Translations under genes and position numbers: made by a program | Shown: positions 16,480 to 26,308 of the stretch, piece by piece | Layout: each line of letters begins with the position of its first letter | How positions within the stretch are numbered: the stretch's first letter is position 1 | Notes under the pieces: model-generated | Told to the model about the DNA's origin: nothing | The model's database searches: none | The model's input: only the letters and a program-made list of their open reading frames with translations | IMG/VR virus record: IMGVR_UViG_3300037313_000418 | Span: 1 to 62,516 of that record | Length of the DNA: 62,516 nt | Direction: 5' to 3' (one strand) | From: a virus | Lineage: Duplodnaviria; Caudoviricetes

Positions 16480-16746
16480 ATGCCTAAAAAATACGACGCA
16501 AACAACCTGCTGGACACGCTGATCGAGGCGCTGAACCTGAAGAACGATGCTGCGCTGGCCAAGACTTTGGAAGTGACGCCGCCAGTGGTCAGCAAGCTCC
16601 GGCACCGCCGCCTGCCGGTCGGCGCCTCGATGCTGATCCGCATGCACGAGATCAGCCGCCTGGAAATTAGGGAGCTTCGCGCCTTGATGGGCGATACCCG
16701 GGCGAAGTTTGGTTCGAGCACGGCTGAGTTGATGGCGACAGCATGA
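16480..16746 (+). CDS. HTH protein resembling an Oxalobacteraceae chromosomal family
   Basis: LLDTLIEALNLKNDAALAKTLEVTPPVVSKLRHRRLPVGASMLIRMHE. Confidence 0.8.
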   Translation: MPKKYDANNLLDTLIEALNLKNDAALAKTLEVTPPVVSKLRHRRLPVGASMLIRMHEISRLEIRELRALMGDTRAKFGSSTAELMATA

Positions 16747-16925
16747 GCGCAGCATGCGAAATGGCAGAAGAAGCCCTGATCGCCAAGCAGGCGCGGATTA
16801 ACGAGCTGGAGAAGTTCGTGAAGTCGTTTCTCGACCCTGAACAGAACGGTTATGCGGTAGGTCCGTTTGTGCGGGACGAGGCGCGGCGGCTGATGGGGAT
16901 CCCGCCCTGCGAAACGGGCAGGTAG
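16743..16925 (+). CDS. Hypothetical protein
   Basis: ATGA-coupled small ORF. Confidence 0.6.
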   Translation: MSAACEMAEEALIAKQARINELEKFVKSFLDPEQNGYAVGPFVRDEARRLMGIPPCETGR

Positions 16926-16953
16926 CAGGTAAGTTTAATCCGACAAGGGAGGA

Positions 16954-17244
16954 ATGATGGAAAAGGTAATTGCAAAGTTTTTCTGGGATTGTGGTCGTAT
17001 GGGCGAAGTTGAGGGCATGTTTGTCAGCTCCAGGGATGAGCTGGAAAAGGCATATGGAAAGGAAGTCTACTTTGGTGAGATTCTTGGAAAGCATTCCGAG
17101 GTGTACGGAACGCTTGACCGTTGTGATATTGAGATCAAAACGGATGACCAGGCCTTCATTGCAAAGTTCGAGGAAATCATGGGCGGCGGCACGATCAGCG
17201 GTTATAACCCGCTGAGTTATTTGCGGGATGACGAGGAAGAATGA
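16954..17244 (+). CDS. Hypothetical protein
   Basis: Strong RBS GGGAGG; WDCGRMGEVEGMF...YFGEILGKHSEVYG. Confidence 0.75.
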   Translation: MMEKVIAKFFWDCGRMGEVEGMFVSSRDELEKAYGKEVYFGEILGKHSEVYGTLDRCDIEIKTDDQAFIAKFEEIMGGGTISGYNPLSYLRDDEEE

Positions 17245-17744
17245 CCAAAAGCCCAACACATCGCGGCCGCCACAAGAAGCACAAGCCAATCGCGGTAAAG
17301 ATCCCGGCCATCATCCCGCTGGAGACGGCCGGCGACGCCATGCCGCTACTCGCTGGCCGGCTCCACGCCGGAATCATTACGCTGATCGAGCGTCCGGCCG
17401 TGGCGCACTGCAACAACCTGTCACGGCAGCTTTGCATCATCGCTGGCGGCATGAGCCATGCGAATAACGGTGATCCGATCAAGGGAAAGCGCGACGCGGC
17501 CAGCCTGGCGATTCAGTCGGCAATCAATGCGATTGATGATGTGATTCAGCGGCACGAGCGGACGGGCGGCGTGGCCGTGCTGGACACCGAAGCGCTGACA
17601 CTCCGGGCCGCAGCCGGCAAGTTGGACGATGCACTGTATTCCATGCCGCTGCTGTGCTATCGGCTGGCTGAGGGTGAAGTGGCGCGGTGGGTGGATGGAC
17701 TGGTCGAGGCTGGTAAGCTAGAAGCGGTTGTGGCGCAAAACTGA
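17241..17744 (+). CDS. Hypothetical protein
   Basis: ATGA-coupled 167-aa ORF. Confidence 0.7.
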   Translation: MTKSPTHRGRHKKHKPIAVKIPAIIPLETAGDAMPLLAGRLHAGIITLIERPAVAHCNNLSRQLCIIAGGMSHANNGDPIKGKRDAASLAIQSAINAIDDVIQRHERTGGVAVLDTEALTLRAAAGKLDDALYSMPLLCYRLAEGEVARWVDGLVEAGKLEAVVAQN

Positions 17745-17759
17745 TCTGCTATCTGCTAA

Positions 17760-17873
17760 GATGACGCAAAGCCATTTAAAGGCTGGGCGAAAGAAGAGCA
17801 CGGAACAGATGCAGCCGCTGCCACCCGTCGTGCTATCGTCCGCGCTGCTGCCGAGGTTGGCAAGCTCATGTGA
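17760..17873 (+). pseudogene. C-terminal remnant of a phage protein
   Basis: Reads ...EEHGTDAAAATRRAIVRAAAEVGKLM*, a recurrent phage C-terminus, but has no start (in-frame stops immediately upstream). Confidence 0.5.
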
Positions 17874-17917
17874 AGAATCAAGACCACAGGCGATTGCACC
17901 AAGAATAAGAATCTCCA

Positions 17918-17957
17918 CCCTGTAGGGTTCGACATCCAGCCCACCCGGCTTAACACT
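17918..17957 (+). promoter_or_regulatory. Late promoter motif, copy 1
   Basis: CCCTGTAGGGTTCG-N20-AACACT upstream of terS. Confidence 0.75.
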
Positions 17958-17964
17958 GCCGGGC

Positions 17965-18603
17965 ATGGCCACAAAGAAGGCGGCGACGGCCGCAACTCCA
18001 TCCAAGACCACAAAGAAGCCTGTAGCCACTAAAAAGGCTGCGGGCAAAGTCACGCCCAAAGCAAAGCCGAATGCAACACCGAAGAAGCGCGGAAGGCCCA
18101 GTACTTATTCTCATGAACTCGGCGCCGAAATCTGTTTGCATATTGCCGATGGCAAAACCATCCGTGACATTGCATCAATGGAAACAATGCCAGCCGCCAG
18201 CACGATCATGCAATGGCTGGACGGGCGCCATCCAGAATTTACGGAACAATACGCGCGTGCGCGCGAGGCATTAGCCGATCGGCTGGCCTTTGAAACCCTG
18301 ACCATTGCCGACGATGGAAGCAACGACACATACAAGGATGATGAAGGCAACGTCCGCACGGATCACGATGTCATTGCCCGTTCCCGCCTGCGGGTAGATG
18401 CGCGCAAGTGGCTGGCTGCGAAGATGGCGCCGAAGAAGTACGGCGACAAAATGGCCATTGGCGGCGCCGATGATCTGGGACCGGTTCAGACGGTGACCAA
18501 GGAAATGACCGATGCCGAGCGCGCGGTGCGACTTTCAAGGCTGGTATCTGGCAATCCTGATGCATTGGCTGCACTGGCAGCGGCATTGAAGGGCAAGCAA
18601 TGA
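17965..18603 (+). CDS. terS: Terminase small subunit
   Basis: GRPSTYS...IADGKTIRDI...F.EQYARARE...RLRVDARKWLAAKMAPKKYGDK. Confidence 0.9.
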   Translation: MATKKAATAATPSKTTKKPVATKKAAGKVTPKAKPNATPKKRGRPSTYSHELGAEICLHIADGKTIRDIASMETMPAASTIMQWLDGRHPEFTEQYARAREALADRLAFETLTIADDGSNDTYKDDEGNVRTDHDVIARSRLRVDARKWLAAKMAPKKYGDKMAIGGADDLGPVQTVTKEMTDAERAVRLSRLVSGNPDALAALAAALKGKQ

Positions 18604-20150
18604 GCCAGGCGGAAATCTCCCTGTCGACTGCCGACATGCTGGCTCTGGTAGCGAAACTGGACCCGGCAGCCAAGGCCGAGATCGACAAGATCTTATTGGC
18701 GGGTGACGCGCCGATCTGGGTTCCGCAGGAAGGCCCGCAACTTGCCGCGTACAACTCGACGGCCGACATCCTCTTTTACGGCGGTGCGGCTGGCGGCGGA
18801 AAAACCGATCTGCTGCTTGGCATTGCCACGACCACGCAAGAGCACAGCATTCTTTTCCGGCGCGAGGCTGTGCAGCTGGTTGGTATCGAGGAACGCATGA
18901 CCACGATCCTCGGCACCCGCAAGGGTTACAACTCGCAGACCGGCGTATGGCGCCTGCCCGGTGACCGCGTAATGGAGCTCGGCAGCGTCAAGGAACCTGG
19001 GGACTGGATCAAGTACCAAGGACGCGCACATGACGCCAAGCTGTTTGACGAGATTTGCCACTTCACCGAGGCGCAATTCCGAACTCTGATTGGCTGGCTG
19101 CGTACCGATAACCCGAACATTCGCCAGCGCGTTGTTTGCGCTGGCAACCCACCGACTACCGCGGAAGGCGAATGGGTAAAGCGTTTCTGGGCTGCCTGGC
19201 TGGATCCGCAACACCCGAACAAGGCCAAGCCAGGAGAACTGCGCTGGTATGTGACCAACGAAAAGGGCGAAGATCAGGAAGTTCCCGGTCCAGAACCCGT
19301 CAAGGTTGGCAATGACTGGATGAAGCCAAAAAGCCGAACCTTCATCCCATCGAGCGTCGATGACAATCTATTTCTCCTGTCGACCGGCTACAAGGCAACG
19401 CTGCAAGCCTTGCCGGAGCCCTTGCGTAGCCAGATGCTGCGCGGTGACTTCCAGGCCGGTGCAGCTGATCCGGCTTGGCAAGTCATCCCGACCGAATGGG
19501 TGAAGGCTGCGCAGGCGCGCTGGGCGCCAAAGCAGGCCAAGGGCATGATGACGGCAATGGGCTTCGATCCGGCGCGCGGCGGCATCGACAAGACTGCGGC
19601 GGCGCGACGACATGGCCAGTGGTTCGATGAAATCGTGCAAGCGCCCGGCGCCGTGACCAAGGACGGGCCCACCGCGGCAGCATTTGCTGTCCCGCTTGTG
19701 CGCGATGGCGCTTGCATATGCGTCGATTCGATCGGCATTGGCTCCAGTGCACTGGACTTCCTGACCGGTCTGAATCTGAATGTACTGGCCGTCAACGGTT
19801 CCGAGACATCGAACTCGCTCACCAAGGCCGGCAACCTGCGATTCAGGAACCGGCGTGCCGAAATGTACTGGAAGCTGCGCGAAGCGCTGGACCCGACCAA
19901 TCCAGACCCGATAGCACTGCCGCCCGACGCTGAATTGCTGGGCGACCTGACCGCCGTGCGCTACAAGGTCGTCACGATGGGCAAGGTGACGGCAATCCAG
20001 ATGCGCAGCAAGGATGAGGTGCGCGAAATGCTTGGCCGATCGCCGGACAAGGGCGATGCCGTGGCAATGACCTTCGTTGACGGCATTCCGGCACCGAATA
20101 CCGCACGCAACGACTATCAAGAATCCCCCGCGCCGGATTGGCGATTGTGA
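18600..20150 (+). CDS. terL: Terminase large subunit
   Basis: Walker A YGGAAGGGKT, Walker B LFDE, GNPP, nuclease GFDPARGG.D and SPDKGDA. Confidence 0.95.
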   Translation: MSQAEISLSTADMLALVAKLDPAAKAEIDKILLAGDAPIWVPQEGPQLAAYNSTADILFYGGAAGGGKTDLLLGIATTTQEHSILFRREAVQLVGIEERMTTILGTRKGYNSQTGVWRLPGDRVMELGSVKEPGDWIKYQGRAHDAKLFDEICHFTEAQFRTLIGWLRTDNPNIRQRVVCAGNPPTTAEGEWVKRFWAAWLDPQHPNKAKPGELRWYVTNEKGEDQEVPGPEPVKVGNDWMKPKSRTFIPSSVDDNLFLLSTGYKATLQALPEPLRSQMLRGDFQAGAADPAWQVIPTEWVKAAQARWAPKQAKGMMTAMGFDPARGGIDKTAAARRHGQWFDEIVQAPGAVTKDGPTAAAFAVPLVRDGACICVDSIGIGSSALDFLTGLNLNVLAVNGSETSNSLTKAGNLRFRNRRAEMYWKLREALDPTNPDPIALPPDAELLGDLTAVRYKVVTMGKVTAIQMRSKDEVREMLGRSPDKGDAVAMTFVDGIPAPNTARNDYQESPAPDWRL

Positions 20151-20158
20151 GGAAAACC

Positions 20159-22456
20159 ATGCAAACCGAAGATCAAAAGCCCGCCGTTCCAACTGCCGAA
20201 GCGACCCCGCTGACGCTGGATGAATACACGGAGATCATTTACGAGTCGGAGAATCAGCCGTACTGGAGAAGCCGCGCCGACAAGGAAATGGATTATGCGG
20301 ACGGCAACCAGCTGGACTCGGAACTGTTGCGCCGCCAGCGGCAACTGGGCGTGCCGCCGGCCGTCGAAGACTTGATTGGCCCAGCCCTGCTATCGATCCA
20401 GGGCTATGAAGCCAAGACCCGTACTGACTGGCGCGTGACCCCGAACGGCCAGCCGGGCGGCCAGGAGATTGCCGACGCCATCAACTTCAAACTGAATCAG
20501 GCCGAGCGTCAATCCAAGGCAGACGAAGCCTGTACCGAAGCATTCCGCCCGCAAATCGGCGTGGGCCTCGGCTGGGTAGAAGTCTCCCGCGACTCCGACC
20601 CGTTCGCCTACCCGTATCGCTGCACATCCGTCCACCGCAATGAAGTCTGGTGGGACATGAAGGCCAAGAAGAAAGACTTGACCGACTCTCGCTGGTTGCG
20701 CCGTAAACGCTGGATACATCCCGAGCGCGTGGCATCAACCTTCCCACAACATGCTGAAGTGATCCGCGCGGCTGGAAATAGTGGAACGGTTGGTCTGCTG
20801 GAACGCGCCGACATGGCATACCTTGAAGGCGGACAGAGCACCGGCCTGATGGGACCATGGGCAGAAGCACGCGGATGGACCATGATGGAGGATAGCTGGT
20901 ACAACCCGGCTTCCAATGAAGTGGGCATCAATGAACTCTGGTACCGCCGCTGGGTGCGCGTGCCGGTCATGTTCTCTCCGGATGGTCGCGTCGTGGAATA
21001 CGACGAAGGGAACCCGGCGCATGTGGCGGCTGTCGCTTCCGGGCGCGTCAAGGTCAAGATGGCGACTGTCACCCGCATTCGCCGCAGCTACTGGCTTGGT
21101 CCATTGGTCCTGTTCGATGGCCCAACACCCTATACGCATCGGCATTTCCCGTATGTGCCGTTCTGGGGCTTCCGCGAGGACAGCACCAATATCCCCTACG
21201 GCTACATCCGTGGCATGGTCTACTCACAAGATAGTGTCAACTCCGGTACCAGCAAACTGCGCTGGGGCATGAGTGTGGCTCGTGTTGAGCGCACCAAGGG
21301 CGCCGTCGACATGACGGATGAACAATTGCGCCGCCAGATCGCCCGCCCGGATGCCGATATCGTCTTGAATGCCGAAGCCATGGCTCGCACTGGCGCCCGT
21401 TTCGATGTCAAGCGCGATTACACCCTGACCGACCAGCATTTCCAGCTGCTGAACGATGCCAGGTCCACGATTCAACGCGTATCAGCCGTGACTGCTGGGT
21501 TCATGGGGCGGCAAGGTACTGCCACCAGTGGTTTGCAAGAGCAAACTCAGGTCGAGCAATCGAATCAATCGCTGGGTGTCATGATGGACAATTTCCGCAC
21601 CGGCCGCACGATGGTTGGTGAATTGCTGATGTCCATGATTGTCGAGGACATGGGCGACCAACTGCAGACCATTATCATCGAGGGCGACGCCGTGCGCGAG
21701 GATCGCGCCGTCACCATCAACAAGCCCGAAGTGGACCCGGAAACCGGCATTCCATACCTGTCCAACGACTTGCAGCGCACCCGCCTGAAAGTATCCTTGG
21801 AAGATGTGCCGAGCACCAACAGTTACCGCGCGCAGCAGCTTAACTCCCTGTCCGAAGCCGTCAAGAGCCTGCCGGCGCAGTACCAGGCTGCCGTCCTGCC
21901 GTTTATGGTCAGCTTGATGGATGTGCCATTCAAGCAGGATGTGGTGAAGTCCATCAAAGAAGTCAGCGCCCAGCAGACGCCCGAGCAGATCGAAGCCCGC
22001 ATCAAGGAAGAAGTCAAGCAAGCCTTGCTCAATGCTGGCCACGACTTGAAAGCCCGCGAACTGGAACTCAAGGAGCGCAAGGGCGAGGCGGAAATTCAGC
22101 AAATCATGGCGCAGGCCGTGCAAACCGGCGTGCAAGCCGCGTTCGCTGCCATGCAGGCCGGCACGCAGATTGCTCAGATGCCGCAGATCGCACCGGTGGC
22201 CGACGCCATCATGCAGGGCGCCGGGTACAAGAAGCCAGCAGGCGGACAAGATCCGAACTTCCCGACCGCCGCGGAGACTGCAGCTGTGCAGATGAAAGAT
22301 CCGTATGTGCAAGGGCAGGGCCGTCCACTCGACGTGCCGCAAGTGCATCACAACACCAGCCCAACTTTCCCGCCTATCCCCAGTGACGGTAAATCCCCCA
22401 TGACCGGCATCGAGACAGCCACGCCGGCCGATAACTTTCAAGGAGCAGAGCAATGA
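20159..22456 (+). CDS. Portal protein (podovirus type)
   Basis: Follows terL; ~765 aa; DYADGNQ, FPYVPFWG, PYGYIRGM motifs. Confidence 0.9.
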   Translation: MQTEDQKPAVPTAEATPLTLDEYTEIIYESENQPYWRSRADKEMDYADGNQLDSELLRRQRQLGVPPAVEDLIGPALLSIQGYEAKTRTDWRVTPNGQPGGQEIADAINFKLNQAERQSKADEACTEAFRPQIGVGLGWVEVSRDSDPFAYPYRCTSVHRNEVWWDMKAKKKDLTDSRWLRRKRWIHPERVASTFPQHAEVIRAAGNSGTVGLLERADMAYLEGGQSTGLMGPWAEARGWTMMEDSWYNPASNEVGINELWYRRWVRVPVMFSPDGRVVEYDEGNPAHVAAVASGRVKVKMATVTRIRRSYWLGPLVLFDGPTPYTHRHFPYVPFWGFREDSTNIPYGYIRGMVYSQDSVNSGTSKLRWGMSVARVERTKGAVDMTDEQLRRQIARPDADIVLNAEAMARTGARFDVKRDYTLTDQHFQLLNDARSTIQRVSAVTAGFMGRQGTATSGLQEQTQVEQSNQSLGVMMDNFRTGRTMVGELLMSMIVEDMGDQLQTIIIEGDAVREDRAVTINKPEVDPETGIPYLSNDLQRTRLKVSLEDVPSTNSYRAQQLNSLSEAVKSLPAQYQAAVLPFMVSLMDVPFKQDVVKSIKEVSAQQTPEQIEARIKEEVKQALLNAGHDLKARELELKERKGEAEIQQIMAQAVQTGVQAAFAAMQAGTQIAQMPQIAPVADAIMQGAGYKKPAGGQDPNFPTAAETAAVQMKDPYVQGQGRPLDVPQVHHNTSPTFPPIPSDGKSPMTGIETATPADNFQGAEQ

Positions 22457-23199
22457 CGCAAACCATCATCAAACCCACCGTAGGCCGCATCGTCTGGTTT
22501 CATCCTTCTGCACTTATTGGTGAGTCAGGCTTCGCAGCACCTTATCCTGGCGAACCACTGGCTGCGATCGTTGCAAAGGTCTGGTCAGATACCTGCGTTA
22601 ACCTGACCGTTTTTGATGCCAATGGCGTAGCGCATTCGCGCACCTATGTGTTGCTGCTCCAGGATGGCAACCCGACACCGGAAGGCGGCTATTTCTGTGA
22701 ATGGATGCCCTACCAGAAGGGTCAAGCTGCCAAGGTCGATGCACTGCAGGCCGTGAAAGATAAGGCAGAAGCGCCGCCGACACCCGTCGAGCCCGACGCC
22801 ATCGAGCAGGAAATCCGCGCCAAGGGCTTGACCGCGCCGCGTATCACGCCGGCAGACATCGAGGCGAATATCGCGGAAGAACGCTATTTCACTGCTGGCC
22901 AAGGCGTAATAGGTGCTGGCGTGCCAGGCTACATGGTAAATGCACAGTTCGACCTGCTAACTTTCTGTGTGCTCCGGTTGAGCAACGGTTTCATCGTCAC
23001 AGGAGAAAGTGCGTGCGCCTCTCCCGATAACTTCGACGCCGAGATAGGCAGGCAGATCGCCCGCCAGAATGCCATCAATAAGGTATGGCCACTGATGGGC
23101 TATGAACTGCGCTCGAAATTGGCGCAGCCGGTCAAGAAGTGCACTTGCGGTCCTAACGATGGTTGTTCTGGTCCGTGTGACCGCGATCGCACATTCTAA
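22453..23199 (+). CDS. Two-domain protein: unknown N-domain plus Gp49-family domain
   Basis: C-half APRIT...LTFCVLRLSNGFIVTGESACASPDNFDAEIGRQIARQNAINKVWPLMGY. Confidence 0.8.
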   Translation: MTQTIIKPTVGRIVWFHPSALIGESGFAAPYPGEPLAAIVAKVWSDTCVNLTVFDANGVAHSRTYVLLLQDGNPTPEGGYFCEWMPYQKGQAAKVDALQAVKDKAEAPPTPVEPDAIEQEIRAKGLTAPRITPADIEANIAEERYFTAGQGVIGAGVPGYMVNAQFDLLTFCVLRLSNGFIVTGESACASPDNFDAEIGRQIARQNAINKVWPLMGYELRSKLAQPVKKCTCGPNDGCSGPCDRDRTF

Positions 23200-23225
23200 T
23201 TCCATCACACTCCCTGCAGCACTTT

Positions 23226-23250
23226 GCCCGCCTTTGCGCGGGCTTTTTTT
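23226..23250 (+). terminator. Intrinsic terminator
   Basis: GCCCGC-loop-GCGGGC-TTTTTTT. Confidence 0.85.
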
Positions 23251-23259
23251 CGTCCCTAC

Positions 23260-23299
23260 CCCTGTAGGGTTCGACCAATCCCTCGCGTAATTACAGACT
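23260..23299 (+). promoter_or_regulatory. Late promoter motif, copy 2
   Basis: CCCTGTAGGGTTCG-N20-CAGACT upstream of the scaffold/capsid genes. Confidence 0.75.
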
Positions 23300-23390
23300 T
23301 CCGCCAAGCCCATAACAAGGCGAAGCGCCTGCAGCAATGCCGGCATACCGCAGAACCCTTTGGGGCTACTCCGATAAGTAGCGGGGATGC

Positions 23391-24386
23391 ATGAGCACAC
23401 AAACTGATTTTCTCCAAACGCTAGCACCTGATGGCGTATTGACTCCTGAACAGGCGGCGCAGTTGTTAGAACTGCCCGAGGGCGATACCAGCAAATTGCT
23501 GGATAACGTTGACGCGCCCGCGTCATCGACTGCAACGGAAACCAATACCGAGGTCGAGCAAGGCAGTAAGAACGAACCAGCAACACCGCAGGAACCGGAT
23601 GCAGCCAACGCTGTGATTCTGGCCAAGGATGGAAAACACACCATCCCCTACGACAAGCTGGTGGAAGCACGAGAAGGCGAAAAGCACTGGAAGGCCCAGG
23701 CCGAAGCCGCCGCACAGGAACTTGCGGCCTTAAAAGCGCAAGCCGAGCAGCGCGCCGCAGCCGGACAGGCAGAAACCGAAACCGACAGGAACGTGGAGGC
23801 CGCGCAGGCTGCCATCAATGCCGGCGTCAACCCGGATATTTTCGGGGACTTTTCGGAAGAAGCACTGGCCAAGGGCATCCAGACACTGGTAGCCGCGCAA
23901 GTGGAAGCCCGAGTCAAAGCCGCGATGGAATCGACCTTAAAACCGATCCAGGACAAGCAAGCACTCGACGCCACCCAAGCGCACTACCAGGCAATCTATG
24001 AGGCCCACCCCGATGCCGATTCCATCGCGGAATCGAAGGAGTTGGCCGACTGGATCAAGGCTCAACCGAGCTTTGCGCGCGCCGGCTTCGAGCAAGCCCT
24101 GACCAAGGGCACCACCGAACAGATCATTGAACTGTTCGACACGTTCAAGAAAGCCACCGGAGCAAGTCAACCGGCAGTGAATACGGACCCGAAAGCGGAT
24201 CCGAAAGCCGCTGCCCGAGCCGCGATCGCCAAGGCAGGCGATGACGTACCCAACAGCCTGACCGACATACCGGGCGGGAAAGCGGGCGCGACCAGCCTGC
24301 AAGAAACGATCGATCAACTGTCGCCACACGATCTGCTGGACCGTTTTGCAAACATGACGCCCGCACAGATCGAGCGACTTTTGTAA
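23391..24386 (+). CDS. Capsid scaffolding protein
   Basis: Acidic, helical; immediately before the capsid gene; DGKHTIPYDKLVEAR. Confidence 0.75.
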   Translation: MSTQTDFLQTLAPDGVLTPEQAAQLLELPEGDTSKLLDNVDAPASSTATETNTEVEQGSKNEPATPQEPDAANAVILAKDGKHTIPYDKLVEAREGEKHWKAQAEAAAQELAALKAQAEQRAAAGQAETETDRNVEAAQAAINAGVNPDIFGDFSEEALAKGIQTLVAAQVEARVKAAMESTLKPIQDKQALDATQAHYQAIYEAHPDADSIAESKELADWIKAQPSFARAGFEQALTKGTTEQIIELFDTFKKATGASQPAVNTDPKADPKAAARAAIAKAGDDVPNSLTDIPGGKAGATSLQETIDQLSPHDLLDRFANMTPAQIERLL

Positions 24387-24407
24387 CCCTTATCGAGAGA
24401 GAACACC

Positions 24408-25697
24408 ATGCCAAAAACGAATATGGCTTACGGTAGCCCCGTAGCGATGGTGCAGCAAGCCGCTGGCTTGTTTGCCACCCACATGCAGCGCAATTCCACC
24501 ATTGCGCGTCTGACTGGCGCCATGCCGAAAGGCGAAGAGGGCGCAGTCGCCACCCTGCGTAAACAGACCACCCAGCACATGCCGATCGTGCGCTGCCAGG
24601 ATTTGGGCAAAGGCAAGGGCGATGAAGTGGAGTTCCACCTGTTGAACCCAGTTGGCGCCAAGCCGATCATGGGCTCGAAGGTTGCCGAAGGCCGCGGCGT
24701 GGGCATGTCCTACTCCGAAGCCCGTCTGCGCGTCAATCAAGCCCGTTTCCCGGTCGACCTGGGCAACGTCATGACGTCGATCCGCAGTCCCTACGACTTC
24801 CGCAAGCTGGGCCGCCCGGTTGCGCAGTCGCTGATGGACCGCTATGTCGACCATTCGATTCTGGTCCACCTGGCCGGCGCCCGTGGCTCCCACAACAACA
24901 TCGAGTGGGGCGTCCCGACTGAAGCTGACCCGGATTTCGCTGAAATCATGGTCAACCCGGTTAAGGCACCGACCAAGAACCGCCACTATATCGCTGATGG
25001 CACCAACGGCATTCAGCCGTTCGCCGTGAACGCGGGCGAAATCGACTTGGCCACCACCGACCTGCTGAACCTGAACGTGGTTGACGGCATCCGTACCGTG
25101 ATGGAGCAGATCAGCCTGCCGCCGCCGCCGGTAATTTTCGAGGGCGACAAAGCCGCCACCGATTCGCCGCTGCGCGTGCTGCTGGTTTCCCCAGCTCAGT
25201 ACAGCAAGTTCGCTACCGATTCGAGCTTCCGCCAGTTCCAGGCTTCGGCCATGGCGCGCGCTTCGCAAGCTGGTGGCCACCCGCTGTTCATGGGTGATGC
25301 GGGCCTGTGGAATGGCATCCTGATAGTCAAGATGCCCAAGCCGATCCGCTTCTACGCCGGCGACACCATCAAGTATTGCGCCGACACCGCAACCGAAGTC
25401 GAATCGTCCTGCGTCGTGCCGGCCGGCTTTGGTACTACCTTCGCCGTTGACCGCGCCATCCTGCTGGGTGGCCAGGCACTGGCCGAAGCGCTGGCTGCAT
25501 CGGAAAAGTCGAGCCTGCCGTTCTTCTGGAGCGAGAAGGATCTGGACCACGGCGACAAGGTGGAACTGCTGCTGGGCACCATCCGTGGCCTGTCGAAGAT
25601 CCGCTTCGAGATCGATCATGGCGACACCAAGCAGATGACCGATTACGGCGTCGTGGCCATCGATACCGCCGTCCCCATCATCGGCGCACGCAACTGA
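24408..25697 (+). CDS. Major capsid protein (N4-gp56/DUF4043-like)
   Basis: DLGKGKGDEV, ILVHLAGARG, HPLFMGDAGLWNGILI, DYGVVAIDTAV; strongly biased codon usage. Confidence 0.9.
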   Translation: MPKTNMAYGSPVAMVQQAAGLFATHMQRNSTIARLTGAMPKGEEGAVATLRKQTTQHMPIVRCQDLGKGKGDEVEFHLLNPVGAKPIMGSKVAEGRGVGMSYSEARLRVNQARFPVDLGNVMTSIRSPYDFRKLGRPVAQSLMDRYVDHSILVHLAGARGSHNNIEWGVPTEADPDFAEIMVNPVKAPTKNRHYIADGTNGIQPFAVNAGEIDLATTDLLNLNVVDGIRTVMEQISLPPPPVIFEGDKAATDSPLRVLLVSPAQYSKFATDSSFRQFQASAMARASQAGGHPLFMGDAGLWNGILIVKMPKPIRFYAGDTIKYCADTATEVESSCVVPAGFGTTFAVDRAILLGGQALAEALAASEKSSLPFFWSEKDLDHGDKVELLLGTIRGLSKIRFEIDHGDTKQMTDYGVVAIDTAVPIIGARN

Positions 25698-25763
25698 TGA
25701 ACTTGGCCGGGTTTAGCGCCCGGCCAGTCGTCAATGTGACCATTCAAGTATAGGAGCCTCACC

Positions 25764-26240
25764 ATGGCAACCATCAAGAAAACTTCGTTCCGCGTGAGCC
25801 AGTTCGGCAGCGTCGGCTACGGCAATAAAGCAAGCCTGCCGTTCAAACTCGAAACCGACGCCAACGGCGCCGCCAAAGATGCCAACTCGACCACTGCCAT
25901 CGGCAACGGCGACAAGGTAATTCTCGGCACCCTGCCGGCTGGCATGGCCCTGCAAGACATGCTGGCCACTGTCTCGACCGCCTTCACTGCACTTGTGACG
26001 GCTGACATCGGCTTTGAATATGTCGATGGCGTCGATGACACCACCGTCCCGCAGGATGCTGATTACTTCGGCAACGATGTGGCAATCAATACTGCAGGCG
26101 TGTACCGCAAGGCAACCGCAACTGCACCAGTTGTGCTGCCCAAGGATGCGTATCTGACGCTGACCACTGCCGGCGCAGCCAACGCCAAAGCAGCCCGCAT
26201 CGACATTCAGATCGATGGCGAACTGCTGGGCGCACCCTAA
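25764..26240 (+). CDS. Virion structural protein (capsid decoration-like)
   Basis: Follows the capsid gene; RBS AGGAG; beta-rich. Confidence 0.6.
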   Translation: MATIKKTSFRVSQFGSVGYGNKASLPFKLETDANGAAKDANSTTAIGNGDKVILGTLPAGMALQDMLATVSTAFTALVTADIGFEYVDGVDDTTVPQDADYFGNDVAINTAGVYRKATATAPVVLPKDAYLTLTTAGAANAKAARIDIQIDGELLGAP

Positions 26241-26308
26241 TCTAGGGCAACCGGCACGGCGGGATGGCTGCGGCTGTCCCGCCATCTTTCCATTCACTGG
26301 GGAAGTAC

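Noticed and set aside
23430-23475. Similarity of scaffold GVLTPEQA to nested-gene GILTPQQA
   Set aside because: It is a common helix N-cap pattern and too short to support homology.
24390-25619. 409-aa antisense ORF (also 21482-22453, 38078-39115, 35006-35800 and similar)
   Set aside because: These are shadow ORFs opposite high-GC3 genes, with no RBS or protein-like motifs.
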